This document shows positions 29,051-39,187 of a DNA stretch of 64,000 nucleotides, piece by piece. How positions within the stretch are numbered: the stretch's first letter is position 1; each line of letters opens with the position of its first letter. The DNA is from Longimicrobiales bacterium (lineage in GTDB: Bacteria; Gemmatimonadota; Gemmatimonadetes; Longimicrobiales; Gaopeijiaceae): assembly GCA_965249725.1 (NCBI GenBank), contig CBDFMQ010000002.1:2272001-2336000 (forward strand), in the 5' to 3' direction. Below the pieces are notes generated by a model. The model was not told the origin of the DNA, searched no databases, and saw only the letters and a list, made by a program, of their open reading frames with translations. A program made the position numbers and the translations under genes.

Positions 29051-29524
29051 TTGAAAACTCAGACCCAGGCCGCGATCGCCATGCTCTTCCTGGTTCCTGC
29101 GGTCTTGGGAGCTTCACCGGCAGATGCTCAACAGTCGCTGACGTTTGAGCAGGCCAGGATCGCCATGGATGCCGCCGAGGCGCAGGCGCGTGAGAACGGG
29201 TGGCACGTGGCGATCGTTGTCGCCGATACGGAAGGTGTGCCCATCTACGTCAGGCGACTCGACGGTGCGAGCACCCGCGCGTATGGAATTGCCATGGGAA
29301 AGGTTCAGACCGCATTGGCCGCAGGGATGCACACGGGCGATTACGGCGAGGCGCTGGCGGCGGGGCGCGCGGATACGATTCCAAATGGGATCACCTTCGA
29401 GGGCGGGTACCTGATCCGTCTCGGCGGCGAGGTTGTGGGTGCGATGAGCGCGAGTGGTGTGAGAGGCTCGGAGGACGCTCAGGTGGTGCGGGCCGGAATG
29501 GCCGCTATTGGGGCGCACCCGTAG
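29051..29524 (+). CDS. Secreted GlcG/HbpS haem-binding family protein
   Basis: Signal peptide; AIVVAD..G...RLDGA, VVGAMSASG. Confidence 0.8.
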   Translation: MKTQTQAAIAMLFLVPAVLGASPADAQQSLTFEQARIAMDAAEAQARENGWHVAIVVADTEGVPIYVRRLDGASTRAYGIAMGKVQTALAAGMHTGDYGEALAAGRADTIPNGITFEGGYLIRLGGEVVGAMSASGVRGSEDAQVVRAGMAAIGAHP

Positions 29525-29596
29525 AGAAGGTGTCGAGGAGGTCGCTAGCTCGATGGCGGCTGCGTCGTGACATCTATAGAAGTGCAACGCCGCCCA

Positions 29597-29851
29597 TCTC
29601 GAGACGCCGAATAAGCGTCGCCACCAACACTCGACCGTGCCCTACAGTAGTCATGAAGTCCCCCGAGTCCCCTCCCCCACCGACCAGTTCCAGACAGGTA
29701 ACCGGAGGTTTTGGGGCCCCATGTGGGGTCCCGTAGCCCCATTTCCGCCCCTAACTCACCAACACCAAAAAGCCGGAAGCCCAGATCCTTCCTAGACTTC
29801 CGGCGAATGAGCCGGGTGGGTCTCGAACCCACGACCTACGGATTAAAAGTC
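29597..29851 (-). repeat. att repeat: tRNA-Lys 3' part (29808-29851) plus arm region
   Basis: Near-identical to 47566-47722; leftward extension shared with 38241-38436. Confidence 0.88.
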
Positions 29852-30165
29852 GATCGCAGCTTATACGCAGAGTGCTCGTGAGGTAGCTTAAGTTGCTGCG
29901 AGTTAGGGTGTTAGGGAGTCTGCTGTTCTCTTGAGCGTTCCCCAGACTCGACCTGTTTCGGGGACTTGGGGTCCCGGTTGGGGTCCCATGCCGGGGTTGT
30001 TCACCACGCACAGGACTCGAACTACCGACCTCACGCTTATCAGGCTCCTACGGAAGGAGACCCGCTGATAGCCGTTCACGTAGTTGTTACGATCCGCCCT
30101 CTTGGTTACGACGCAATAAATCAGCGTGAGTCATTCCCGAGCCTTCCGCGCTGCCCGTCGGTTCC

Positions 30166-31266
30166 TCAGCACCAGGGCGCCCCTCGAGAGACGATCTCGA
30201 TCACCACACCGTACTCTTCGTATGCACCTGGAGCACCCACCATACGCAGAATCTCCTCGACCTCGGCTCCGTTTCTGTCTCGGAGAATCCGGGGCGAGCC
30301 CATCCAGACCTGTCCATCAACGAAGAGGGTTGCTCGGAGTCCATCCCCATTCGTCCATTCCGGCCGCTCGAGGCGGATGATCTCGTATACGGAAAGGGTC
30401 TCGTCGAGCGCGGCGATGTCCTCCCGCACAATCAGCTCCATCATGACGATCGAGTTCTGGGGCGACGCCCCGGAGGGGACGACCCGACGGCGGCGGCCTC
30501 CTCCCCAAACACTCGGGTTGAGGCTGACACCGACCTGGAATGAGAGGGCAACGTGCTTCCGAGCATAGAGATCGTCGTAAGGCGCCTCGTCGAACTCCGT
30601 CACCATCCTCGTATAGCGGGCGTCGAGGGTAACCCGGGTGGGGCCGAGACCGAACAAGAAGTCCGCCCCGACAGTACCCCCATAGTCATTCCCCTTCGTG
30701 TTTAAGGTCAGCGGGTTGGAGTAGGGAATCGACCCGGGTGCGGGTTCCGTGCGACAACGCAACTCCCCTGTGTCAACTTGGCGAGCGCACATGGTCAAAT
30801 CGCCCCCCACCTTGCGACCTGTTGCCTTTGCTCCAACCCGGAACGAAACCACGGGTCCGGTGAAGAGGCTCAACGAAGGCAACGATTGTTTGGAGGTCAC
30901 GCGCAGCTTGAGGAGCACCGCGAAATCGAGATAATCATAGCGCCATGCGCCATCGATGACGTCACCATCAACGAAATTGGGAAGGTCGAACTCCTGTGCC
31001 CCTCGCTCCGTGTAATACGCCTCGGGCTGCAGCGAGAGCGGGCCTCCGAAATCGATCAGTACAAACGCTCCGAAGTTGTACCCCCGCGACGTCTCGGAAT
31101 CGCCTACATCTGTGCCGTAGAACTTCGACAGGTTGAGGCCACCCTTCAATCCCACTCTGATTGAGGAGTCCTGCGCAAATAAGGGGACACTGATCAGAAA
31201 GCTGCTCAGACTCAACACGATCAAGAGAGACGACCGCCCACTCGGGAATCCGCTAGGGTCGGTCAT
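30166..31266 (-). CDS. Outer-membrane beta-barrel protein with plug-like C-terminal domain
   Basis: GLKGGLNLS, LSLQPEAYY..RG, LDARY. Confidence 0.65.
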   Translation of the reverse strand: MTDPSGFPSGRSSLLIVLSLSSFLISVPLFAQDSSIRVGLKGGLNLSKFYGTDVGDSETSRGYNFGAFVLIDFGGPLSLQPEAYYTERGAQEFDLPNFVDGDVIDGAWRYDYLDFAVLLKLRVTSKQSLPSLSLFTGPVVSFRVGAKATGRKVGGDLTMCARQVDTGELRCRTEPAPGSIPYSNPLTLNTKGNDYGGTVGADFLFGLGPTRVTLDARYTRMVTEFDEAPYDDLYARKHVALSFQVGVSLNPSVWGGGRRRRVVPSGASPQNSIVMMELIVREDIAALDETLSVYEIIRLERPEWTNGDGLRATLFVDGQVWMGSPRILRDRNGAEVEEILRMVGAPGAYEEYGVVIEIVSRGAPWC

Positions 31267-32120
31267 CTCTGAGTGTAGTCCTTCGTCCAAATGAGGATCG
31301 CGCCGCACGGGCTAACGGGTCCAGCCACCCGTTCGGGCAACCCCGCCTGGCCGGCATATACTTCGATCGCTGCGACGTCCCTGACGTTGAGGCTTTCGTG
31401 CCACCCCGAGCTCTCCTGGCCGCCTCTTTGCTCGATCCGGTTATCGATTGTGACGCTGGGGCGACAAACCGCCTCCGATCGTCGGTTCGAGAGATTCCAT
31501 TCTCTTCCATTCTCTCTCACACTCGTTCGGTTCGAGAGCACATCGACGGCAAACGTGCCGCGCGGTTGAACCACTCTGACCCCACTCATGCCCCAGAGTA
31601 GGTCAGAGAGATCTCGAGGCCTCCTGGTCTCGAGTTCTTCTGGAGTCCGGAATTGACCGGCCCCCATCCGCTGTCGCCTGTAGAAGCCGACTCCAGCCAG
31701 GACGACATTCTGCCCTGCGACGATGGCGTCCAGTGGGTTCAGCTCAACCGGGTCGAGTTGCAGACGAAGCTCTGCCATGACACCCTGTCGCGGCGCGAGC
31801 GCGAAGGCGTCCGAGGTGGAAGGCTCGTAGCCGATCCGCGTAGCGCGGAGCCGGTACAATGCAGCATCAGGCATGCGAGCGACGAACCGCCCGTTCTCGT
31901 CGGTGACATACCAGCCGACGATGCTGTCATCCGTGCCCAGCAAAGCGACCTCGACCGTTCCCATGGGGACGCCGGATTCATCGTCTACCACGGTGCCCCG
32001 AACGGTTTGGGCCCCGACGGTTGTGGCCGTCGTGAGGAGGAGCGCCGACAACCATCCGGCCGACAAGCTGGCCGTACCTCGCATGCTTGCCTCCTTCCCT
32101 TCTGAAGCGGTCGATTCCAT
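31263..32120 (-). CDS. Carboxypeptidase-regulatory-like + TonB-plug-like secreted protein
   Basis: VRGTVVD..SG.P, RIGYEP, AIEVY...CGAILIWTK. Confidence 0.7.
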   Translation of the reverse strand: MESTASEGKEASMRGTASLSAGWLSALLLTTATTVGAQTVRGTVVDDESGVPMGTVEVALLGTDDSIVGWYVTDENGRFVARMPDAALYRLRATRIGYEPSTSDAFALAPRQGVMAELRLQLDPVELNPLDAIVAGQNVVLAGVGFYRRQRMGAGQFRTPEELETRRPRDLSDLLWGMSGVRVVQPRGTFAVDVLSNRTSVRENGREWNLSNRRSEAVCRPSVTIDNRIEQRGGQESSGWHESLNVRDVAAIEVYAGQAGLPERVAGPVSPCGAILIWTKDYTQR

Positions 32121-32293
32121 TACGGACGACTACAGTTGGTCACCAGTGACCTCAACGCCTCTTTGAATCCCACAGTCCCCGACGGCAGGCTGAGTTCTTT
32201 CCCCTTCCCTTTTCCCTGAGCATTTCGGCAGTAGGGTCCGGTTCACCCACAGAAGGCACAGGCCGTTCAGGTGCGATCCAAATCGCATGCCCA

Positions 32294-33562
32294 CTACCGT
32301 ACCCATTCCGGTGTGAGCCCAGCTATCCCCAACTCAACGACATCGGCACCGTCTGCTCGCATCACGTATATGCTGTGGGGTCCAAGAATGGACATTCGCT
32401 GGCCTCTCGCGTCCCACACTAAGCCCCCGGGACAGGCTACATGGAACACGATCCAGCCGCCGTCGGGGGACCACTTCGGGGTCAAGGCATCGCACCCGGC
32501 GAGCGCCGTCAATTGCTCGATGCCGGTGCCATCGGGGTTCATGACGAAGATCGTCTTGCCCTGATCCAGCTCTCTCACGAACGCAATCCGGGCTCCGTCA
32601 GGCGACCAACTCGCCTCCCCGTCTCCACCCCACGTACCGTCCGTGAGTTGCTCCACATCGCTGCCATCGGGATTCATGACGAAGATGCTCCCCAGGACGA
32701 AAGGCCCTTGGAAGTCGGGTCCTCCGGCGCGATGAAAAGCGATTCGGGTACCATCGGGGGACCAGTCCGGTCTGTCGTGTGTTGGCCCGTTCCCGGAAAT
32801 CTGCGTGAGCCCGGTGCCATCGGGATTGATGACGAAAACCCTCTTCGCTGTGCTATATGCACCTGCGGAGTACGCGATCCTGAAGCCATCCGGGGACCAT
32901 GTAGGGGAAATGTCATCCCAGTTGTTGGTATCCGAACCAATCCCGGCAGAGCCGGTCAGCTGAACCTGGCCCGAGCCGTCCGCGCGCATAATGAAGATGT
33001 GGGGGAATCCATCATCATCGCCCTGGAATAAGGGGATGTCTTGTTCGTAGGCGATCTGCTCTCCGTCGGGACTGACCGAAAAGCTCAGGACGTCACGGGG
33101 TCCGAACGTTCTGCTTTCGCCTCCGATCGCATTCATCGACGAGAACCTCCGAAAAGCCCCGATGCCGCCCAATGTATAGTAGATCGTCCCTGAATTCGGC
33201 GGCAGGCAGAACACGGTTAGCGTGTACGTGTTCGATCCGGCCGGGTGATCAACTGTCGTCTGGCGACAGTTCGACGCCACACCGGTCAGCTGGAGAGTGT
33301 GCAATGCGACCGCCAGGTCGCGAACGGTCAACTGTTCGCTTGGGCCGATCGAGACTCCAGGCCGTCCGTCGACGACCAGCGAGTAGCCGTCTAGATCCTG
33401 CTCGTCACCCACCGTTCTGGTCGTGACGAGGATCTCTTCGCCCTGCGACCCCGGTGGTGGCTGAACCGGTGGTTGAACCGGACCGTCCGAGCCGCCGCAT
33501 CCCCAGAGCACGAGGCAGGTCGCTAACCCGGGCAAAGAAAGCCTAGAGGTAGTCATTGTCAC
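32294..33562 (-). CDS. TolB-like PD40-repeat lipoprotein
   Basis: LWGC lipobox; repeated WSPDG.RIAF and IFVMNPDG. Confidence 0.8.
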   Translation of the reverse strand: MTMTTSRLSLPGLATCLVLWGCGGSDGPVQPPVQPPPGSQGEEILVTTRTVGDEQDLDGYSLVVDGRPGVSIGPSEQLTVRDLAVALHTLQLTGVASNCRQTTVDHPAGSNTYTLTVFCLPPNSGTIYYTLGGIGAFRRFSSMNAIGGESRTFGPRDVLSFSVSPDGEQIAYEQDIPLFQGDDDGFPHIFIMRADGSGQVQLTGSAGIGSDTNNWDDISPTWSPDGFRIAYSAGAYSTAKRVFVINPDGTGLTQISGNGPTHDRPDWSPDGTRIAFHRAGGPDFQGPFVLGSIFVMNPDGSDVEQLTDGTWGGDGEASWSPDGARIAFVRELDQGKTIFVMNPDGTGIEQLTALAGCDALTPKWSPDGGWIVFHVACPGGLVWDARGQRMSILGPHSIYVMRADGADVVELGIAGLTPEWVR

Positions 33563-33828
33563 CCTAGTTCTATTGTAGGTCGGGGTCTGTGTCGTAGCCC
33601 GTTAGCTCTATGACTGAGGCACTAGCCAGAATGAGGTCGTCGCCACTGCAGCAATTCTTGCGCTCGCTCTTCGACTGAGCCTCCATGGAGGCATTGTTGA
33701 AGGTCACGGTCATAGTCTCCTCGGGCTCGGGCGGAAAGATGCTGCCCGGCGAACCGGAGGCGTTGTTGCCGAGTGTGGAGGCGCCGTGGATAACGGCAAC
33801 CGAACGAAGATGTCTTGGTCGGCTCACT

Positions 33829-36021
33829 TCAGTTCCTCCCAGTCTGACCAAGGTGTGCCTTCGTCCAGATCACCACGGCTCCGCAACCCCCGGATCCAGC
33901 CAGCCATTCCGGTAGGCCTGCCGCACTAGGATAGACCTCCATCGCCGCGACGCTGAGGGGGCTTAAGGACTCATTCCATGAGCTCGGCCTGCCCGAACCA
34001 CCCACCTGCACCACCACACCATCAACGCTGACGCTTGGTCGACACGACCGTCCCCTGGTAAACAGGTCCCAGCGCCCCGAACCCGCTGGATTGCCTTGGG
34101 TGCCATTCATGCCCCTAAGCAGGTCCCTCGAACTCGGTCGTTCAGGAAGTGCGACCACCCCAGGGATGTCCCTGAACAGATCCTGCAGGGAGGTCAAACC
34201 CGGCTTGGTTTCAAAATCCTGTGGGGTGAGAAAGTGCCCGAATCCCATCCTCTGGCGATCATAGAAGCCGTCGCGAACCAAGGCCAGCGACTGTGCGTCA
34301 ACGACCGCTTCGACCTCATCCAGCAGGAGCGGGTCGACCTGCAGCCGAAGCTCAGCCATGGCGGCTTGCCCCGGCCCCATCACAAACGCATCCGAAACAG
34401 AGGGCTCGTATCCAATGCGTCTTGCTCGAAGGCGGTACGAGCCAACGGTCGGCAGTCGAGCAATAAAGCGTCCATCCCCGTCGGTGACGTATCGGCCTAC
34501 CACCGCATCGCTGGTGTCCAACAGGGTTACTTCAGCCGTCAGGATTGGTACCCCCGATTCGTCTTCGACGACGATGCCTCGGATGGAGTGCGCGGAGGAC
34601 ATTGGGGCACGCCCGGGGGTTGGGGCTGCAACGCCCCCGCCAGACGTCGAGATCAGGCCCAGGGTCGGAGCCGCCGGGCCCAGGGGGGCGACTAGATGAG
34701 GGTAGGACACCAAGGACATCCCGGCGCTTGGCTCAAAGTACTCCGGAAGGGATTCGAGGACGGTTCGGAGTTCATTACCGATCAATGGCACATCATCGGG
34801 AGGGTTAGACACAGGCGATGAGTCGACGAGGTCTAGGCGTGTCATGTCGGGTTGGTCGGCACTAGTCCAGCGCGCTCCTTCGGCCTTCGCGGAAGCGATC
34901 TCGGCGGGAGGAAGAGCCGGAGCAGCGGCCACGGTTCCTACACCGACGCCGAGCCCGATGATGAGCGTCGAGACCCGCCGGCACAAACTCACGCCACCTC
35001 GGTGACGCCCAGGGTCGAGCACAGCCAGCAGGCGCTCGCCCAATTGTGACGGTCGAGCCATCCTGATCGCACCCGGCGTGAAACCCGAAGTCCTCAAGCT
35101 GGTCACCACCTCAAGGAGATCACGCGCGTACTGGGCTGGACTAGAGCCCCCAGCTAAGACGAGGTCGTCGCACGCGTGCTCCCGCTCCATGCGCATGCGG
35201 GATGCCGCGAGCCATACGATCGGATTGAACCAGTGGATCGCACATGCCACCTCGCAGATCAATAGAGCGACGGGGTCTCCGCGCTTAAGGTGGGCCATCT
35301 CGTGAAGCAGGACGTTCCGGAGCCGACTCTTGGTCCAAACCTCGGCCTGAATCGGTAGGAGGACTCGCGGGCGGGCGATCCCCCACGTTAGAGGCATCGG
35401 TGCTTCGTCGCTTACGAGGAGAGTCGGTGCAGATCGTAGACCGAGCTGTCGGGCGACCTCATCACGCAGTTCGATCCAATCACCGCCGCGAACCCTTCGC
35501 GCCCTCCTCCCCAACACACTAACACGTAGTAATCCTGCGACCAGAAAGAGGAGGATCGCGGCTGAGATCAACGCCCAGAGCCCCAATAGGGCGCGCCAGG
35601 GAGACTGCAACCGGCGTGTGGAAGGAGGTCGAACGGCGGGTAGGACCGAGCCGACGTCATTAAGGTTTCGGACCTCACTCAGGTCCGTAGCAGTTGTGGT
35701 CGGGTCGGACGGAGTCGTCTTTGGTGTCTCAACGAACTGCGGAGGCGACAGGCGCGGGTATATCGGAGCCTCAGTTAGGGTCGCGAGCCAACTGGGAAGG
35801 ATCGCCCACGACGGAGCGAAGCGCCCCGCCACCGGGAGCAGCAAGAGGCAACAGAACGACGTGGTCCAAACCATGTGACGAGTTGCGGCACCCGCCGTCC
35901 GAAATAGCAATGTCGTGCACCAGGCAAGCATCATGAGGAAACTGGCTCGGGCAAAGAAGAGGAGTAGGTTCGCCCCTGCCATATCGCGGCCAAGCTCGAA
36001 TAAGAAGTCTGCAGTCATCAT
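33829..36021 (-). CDS. BlaR1/M56 peptidase sensor fused to carboxypeptidase-regulatory/plug-like domains
   Basis: LLHEMAHLKRGD, HWFNP.VW, REHACDD. Confidence 0.85.
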   Translation of the reverse strand: MMTADFLFELGRDMAGANLLLFFARASFLMMLAWCTTLLFRTAGAATRHMVWTTSFCCLLLLPVAGRFAPSWAILPSWLATLTEAPIYPRLSPPQFVETPKTTPSDPTTTATDLSEVRNLNDVGSVLPAVRPPSTRRLQSPWRALLGLWALISAAILLFLVAGLLRVSVLGRRARRVRGGDWIELRDEVARQLGLRSAPTLLVSDEAPMPLTWGIARPRVLLPIQAEVWTKSRLRNVLLHEMAHLKRGDPVALLICEVACAIHWFNPIVWLAASRMRMEREHACDDLVLAGGSSPAQYARDLLEVVTSLRTSGFTPGAIRMARPSQLGERLLAVLDPGRHRGGVSLCRRVSTLIIGLGVGVGTVAAAPALPPAEIASAKAEGARWTSADQPDMTRLDLVDSSPVSNPPDDVPLIGNELRTVLESLPEYFEPSAGMSLVSYPHLVAPLGPAAPTLGLISTSGGGVAAPTPGRAPMSSAHSIRGIVVEDESGVPILTAEVTLLDTSDAVVGRYVTDGDGRFIARLPTVGSYRLRARRIGYEPSVSDAFVMGPGQAAMAELRLQVDPLLLDEVEAVVDAQSLALVRDGFYDRQRMGFGHFLTPQDFETKPGLTSLQDLFRDIPGVVALPERPSSRDLLRGMNGTQGNPAGSGRWDLFTRGRSCRPSVSVDGVVVQVGGSGRPSSWNESLSPLSVAAMEVYPSAAGLPEWLAGSGGCGAVVIWTKAHLGQTGRN

Positions 36022-36108
36022 GTCTCGCCGCGTTGCCCTCTCTGCCAACTTAGGTGAGACACGGAACGAGTAAAGAATTAGAGTAGGGCGAAGGCAGAGA
36101 AACCGAGG

Positions 36109-36561
36109 ATGCTGAGACACCGAGAGAGAATGGAAGAGAATGGAATCGCCCCACTAACCTGGGAGGGTAAGCGAAGCGCGGCAGCTGCTCCGGACGCGGA
36201 GGTGGTAGATAAGCCGACGCGCCGACGGTTTAGTCCGTCGTACAAGCTGCGGGTCGTCGAAGAAGCGGACCGGTGCACGGAGCCGGGAGAGGTAGGGCGA
36301 CTCCTGCGACGGGAGGGCTTGTACTCGTCGCACCTGACGACATGGCGCAAGGCGGTGCGGAGTGGGTCGCTGAGAGCGCTGTCGAAGAGACGAGGTCGAA
36401 AGCCGAGCGAACGGAATCCGCTGGAGGGGAAAGTGCGCAAGCTGGAGCGCGAGAACACTCGCCTGGAGAAGGAACTCGAGAAGGCGCGCCTGATCCTCGA
36501 CGTCCAGGGAAAAGTTGCAGGGCTGCTGGGATTGAGCCTCAAGGACGGGACGAACTCGTGA
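36109..36561 (+). CDS. IS3 transposase OrfA
   Basis: RRRFSPSYKLRVV...LLRREGLYSSHLTTWR. Confidence 0.85.
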   Translation: MLRHRERMEENGIAPLTWEGKRSAAAAPDAEVVDKPTRRRFSPSYKLRVVEEADRCTEPGEVGRLLRREGLYSSHLTTWRKAVRSGSLRALSKRRGRKPSERNPLEGKVRKLERENTRLEKELEKARLILDVQGKVAGLLGLSLKDGTNS

Positions 36562-37565
36562 AGGCGGCCGAGGCGCTGGCCACGTACGTAGGGGTAAAGC
36601 CCGCGTGCGATGCGCTCAGGGTCGCCCGAGCCACGTTCTATCGTCGTCGGAGGCCATCGACCGGGCATCAGCAGCCCCGCCCGACCCCAGCCCGTGCCTT
36701 GAGCGAGAAGGAACGAGACAAGGTCTTCGACACGCTGTGTTCGGAGCGATTCGTGGACCGGTCCCCGGCCGAGGTTGTGGCGACCCTGCTCGACGAAGAC
36801 GTCTACCTGTGCAGCGAACGTACGATGTATCGCGTTCTGGCCTCCCAAGTGCCAGTTCGAGAGCGCCGAGCGCAGCGGAGTCATCCCGAATACCAGAAAC
36901 CCGAGTTGATGGCGACGGGCCCGGGCCAGGTCTGGTCCTGGGATATCACACGGCTGCTGGGGCCGAGGAAGTGGAGCTACTTCTACCTCTACGTTATCAT
37001 GGACATCTTCAGCCGCTACATCGTGGGATGGATGGTGGCGGATCGGGAGAGCTCGGCCTTGGCCGGGCGCCTGATCCAGCAGAGTTGCCTGAAGCATGGC
37101 GTCCAGCCCCAGGTCCTGACCTTGCACTCGGATCGAGGAGCTCCGATGACGAGCCAATGCACGGCTCAGCTCCTCGCCGATCTCGGGGTGACCCGCTCGC
37201 TGAGCCGACCTCAGGTGTCGGATGACAATCCGTTCTCCGAAGCCCAGTTCAAGACCTTGAAGTACCATCCCTCGTTTCCTGGACGGTTCGAGGATCAGGG
37301 CCAGGCCAAAACCTTCTGTCGCTCGTTCTTCCGCTGGTACAACGCCGAGCACCGCCATGGTGGTATCTCGATGCTGACCCCCGAACAGGTCCACTTCGGG
37401 AATGCAGATCAGGTCATCGCCGGCAGGCAGGCCGTGCTACGCGAGGCCTGGGCCGCTCATCCCGACCGCTTCGTCTCCGGTGAGCCGAAGCCCAAACCGC
37501 TCCCGGAGGCCGTCTGGATCAATCCTCCAACCCCCTCCCTCACGACACAGGAGATTGCTCTCTAA
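36558..37565 (+). CDS. IS3 transposase OrfB (DDE)
   Basis: WSWDIT, DIFSR, HSDRG, DNPFSEAQFKTLK; GTGA overlap with the orfA stop. Confidence 0.9.
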   Translation: MKAAEALATYVGVKPACDALRVARATFYRRRRPSTGHQQPRPTPARALSEKERDKVFDTLCSERFVDRSPAEVVATLLDEDVYLCSERTMYRVLASQVPVRERRAQRSHPEYQKPELMATGPGQVWSWDITRLLGPRKWSYFYLYVIMDIFSRYIVGWMVADRESSALAGRLIQQSCLKHGVQPQVLTLHSDRGAPMTSQCTAQLLADLGVTRSLSRPQVSDDNPFSEAQFKTLKYHPSFPGRFEDQGQAKTFCRSFFRWYNAEHRHGGISMLTPEQVHFGNADQVIAGRQAVLREAWAAHPDRFVSGEPKPKPLPEAVWINPPTPSLTTQEIAL

Positions 37566-37682
37566 TTAATTCCCAAGAGTGTCTCACTGGCGTTGACAGG
37601 CTCCGAACCCCCTCCCTCACGACACAGGAGATTGCTCTCTAATTAATTCCCAAGAGTGTCTCACTGGCGTTGACAGGCTCCG
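37529..37682. repeat. 77-bp tandem duplication of the IS right end plus flank
   Basis: ...GTGTCTCACTGGCGTTGACAGGCTCCG occurs twice in tandem. Confidence 0.85.
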
Positions 37683-38045
37683 TTGCGCCCTGTCGATCAT
37701 GTCCCGGAGTCGTTGCAGTTCGTCTTCAGACATGTCTCTGGAAGAGAGATCGAGCAGTGCGGCCACTGCCCTCTCCGTCGAATTGTCGAAGAACGTGGTG
37801 AGGACCCGCTTCAGGGCCGATTCGGTAGCCACGTCCCGGGATCTCACAGGGGCATATATGTAGCGTGTGCCCTCTCGGTGATGGGTGAGGTGTCCCTTCT
37901 TCTCCAACGTGCCCAACATCGCGCGGACCGAGGAATAGCCGGGAGGGTCGGAGATGGCCTCGCGCACTTCGCCCACCCCGGCTTCACCGAGCCGATAGAT
38001 CGCATCCATGATCTGCCGCTCTCGGCGCGTTAGTGTCTCGTCCAT
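37617..38045 (-). CDS. BlaI/MecI/CopY repressor, 3' end interrupted by IS3
   Basis: LTRRERQIMDAIY...YSSVRAML..LEKKG. Confidence 0.85.
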   Translation of the reverse strand: MDETLTRRERQIMDAIYRLGEAGVGEVREAISDPPGYSSVRAMLGTLEKKGHLTHHREGTRYIYAPVRSRDVATESALKRVLTTFFDNSTERAVAALLDLSSRDMSEDELQRLRDMIDRAQRSLSTPVRHSWELIREQSPVS

Positions 38046-38240
38046 CGGCTCCACTCTCTGCGAGTTAAGTAGCACCTGCGAGATAACTCGCAGAATGCGA
38101 GGCGTCAAGCGCTAACGCCAAGGGCGCTGGCGAGACGGTTTCTTCAGCCGGGAATCAGCGTCAGGAGATTGAGGAGGAGCTGGCTGGGGTCTCGTAGGCC
38201 GACTCTGCGTGACATCAAGTTTGAAGTGCAACGCCACCTA

Positions 38241-38436
38241 TCTCGAGACGCCGAATAGGCGTCGCCAACAACACTCGATTGTGCCCTCCAGTAGTCATGA
38301 AGTCCCCCGAGTCCCCTCCCCTACCGCCGAGTTCCCGCCAGGTAACCGGAGTTTTTGGGGCCCCACGTGGGGTCCCGTAGCCCCAAGTCCACCCCTCACT
38401 CACCGACACAAAAAAGCCGGAAGCCTAGATCCCTCC
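38241..38436. repeat. Fourth copy of the island arm region, lacking the tRNA core
   Basis: Homologous to 29597-29792. Confidence 0.75.
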
Positions 38437-38851
38437 TGATCTTGAGCGCGACAAGCACGCCCAGTGGTTCTACGGCAAGCTGACTTGCCCCTATATCGAC
38501 GGGCGTAGGGGTGAACGACTCGAACTGCTCGAGGATCCGGAGGCGCTCCTCCTCACGGTCGAACCCCTTCCGTGGGTCGCAGTCGACGTGGTAGAAGGCG
38601 AGGCACGCGACATCCTCTTTCTTGGCTTTCTTCCTCACCACCGCACGGAGAGGGTTTACGGAAAAGTAGAGATTGTGGGTGCCGCTGTAGTTCTTCAAGA
38701 ACGCTCGTATCTCTTCGGGCCGATCGCTCGGGAAGGTGCGAGTAATCGTTCGGCCGCCTCTGGGCGGGATCGCCGATAAGGTGATGAGCCCCCCCTGCGC
38801 ATGATCCAAGAGGAAGCGTACCGCGAGGTCGAGGTCGGATCGGAGGGTCAT
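38396..38851 (-). pseudogene. Truncated primase-like replication protein
   Basis: NLYFSVNP...KKEDV.....HVDCD; ORF runs into the arm repeat. Confidence 0.5.
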
Positions 38852-39072
38852 AAGATCGCCTCCTCCTTTCGCCATCCGTGGGCGAGTGATTTCCCCCCGT
38901 TTCCAACAAACTCCTCAATCTGGTGGGCGTCGAAACGCACAGTGCGACCCAAACGCACGCAGGGGATTACTCTCTCTCTAGCGAGCTCGTAGACCCTAGC
39001 CGTTGAAATGCTGAAGGCGTCGGCCACCTGCTCCGCGGTGAGAAAACACATCCACTTCCTGTCAGTATCCAT
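38848..39072 (-). CDS. Excisionase-like HTH protein
   Basis: FLTAEQVA....S..RVYELAR...IPCVRLGRTVRF. Confidence 0.8.
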   Translation of the reverse strand: MDTDRKWMCFLTAEQVADAFSISTARVYELARERVIPCVRLGRTVRFDAHQIEEFVGNGGKSLAHGWRKEEAIL

Positions 39073-39187
39073 AACGACTCCGTCGGTTTGGCCTCCCCCG
39101 AGACTGACCCCAACAGGGAGGGCGGTAACTGGGTAGACGTGCCATCTACGAGTCGCAATTGTATGCTATCGCTCTAAGGAGTCTTAT

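Larger units (their letters stand above)
36043..37598 (+). mobile_element. IS3-family insertion sequence
   Basis: Terminal IRs TGCCAACTTAGGTGAGACAC / GTGTCTCACTGGCGTTGACA; orfA + orfB. Confidence 0.9.

Noticed and set aside
21857..29851. Additional tRNA-Lys genes
   Set aside because: Only the 3' parts are present, with no D arm or 5' acceptor strand; these are att duplications.
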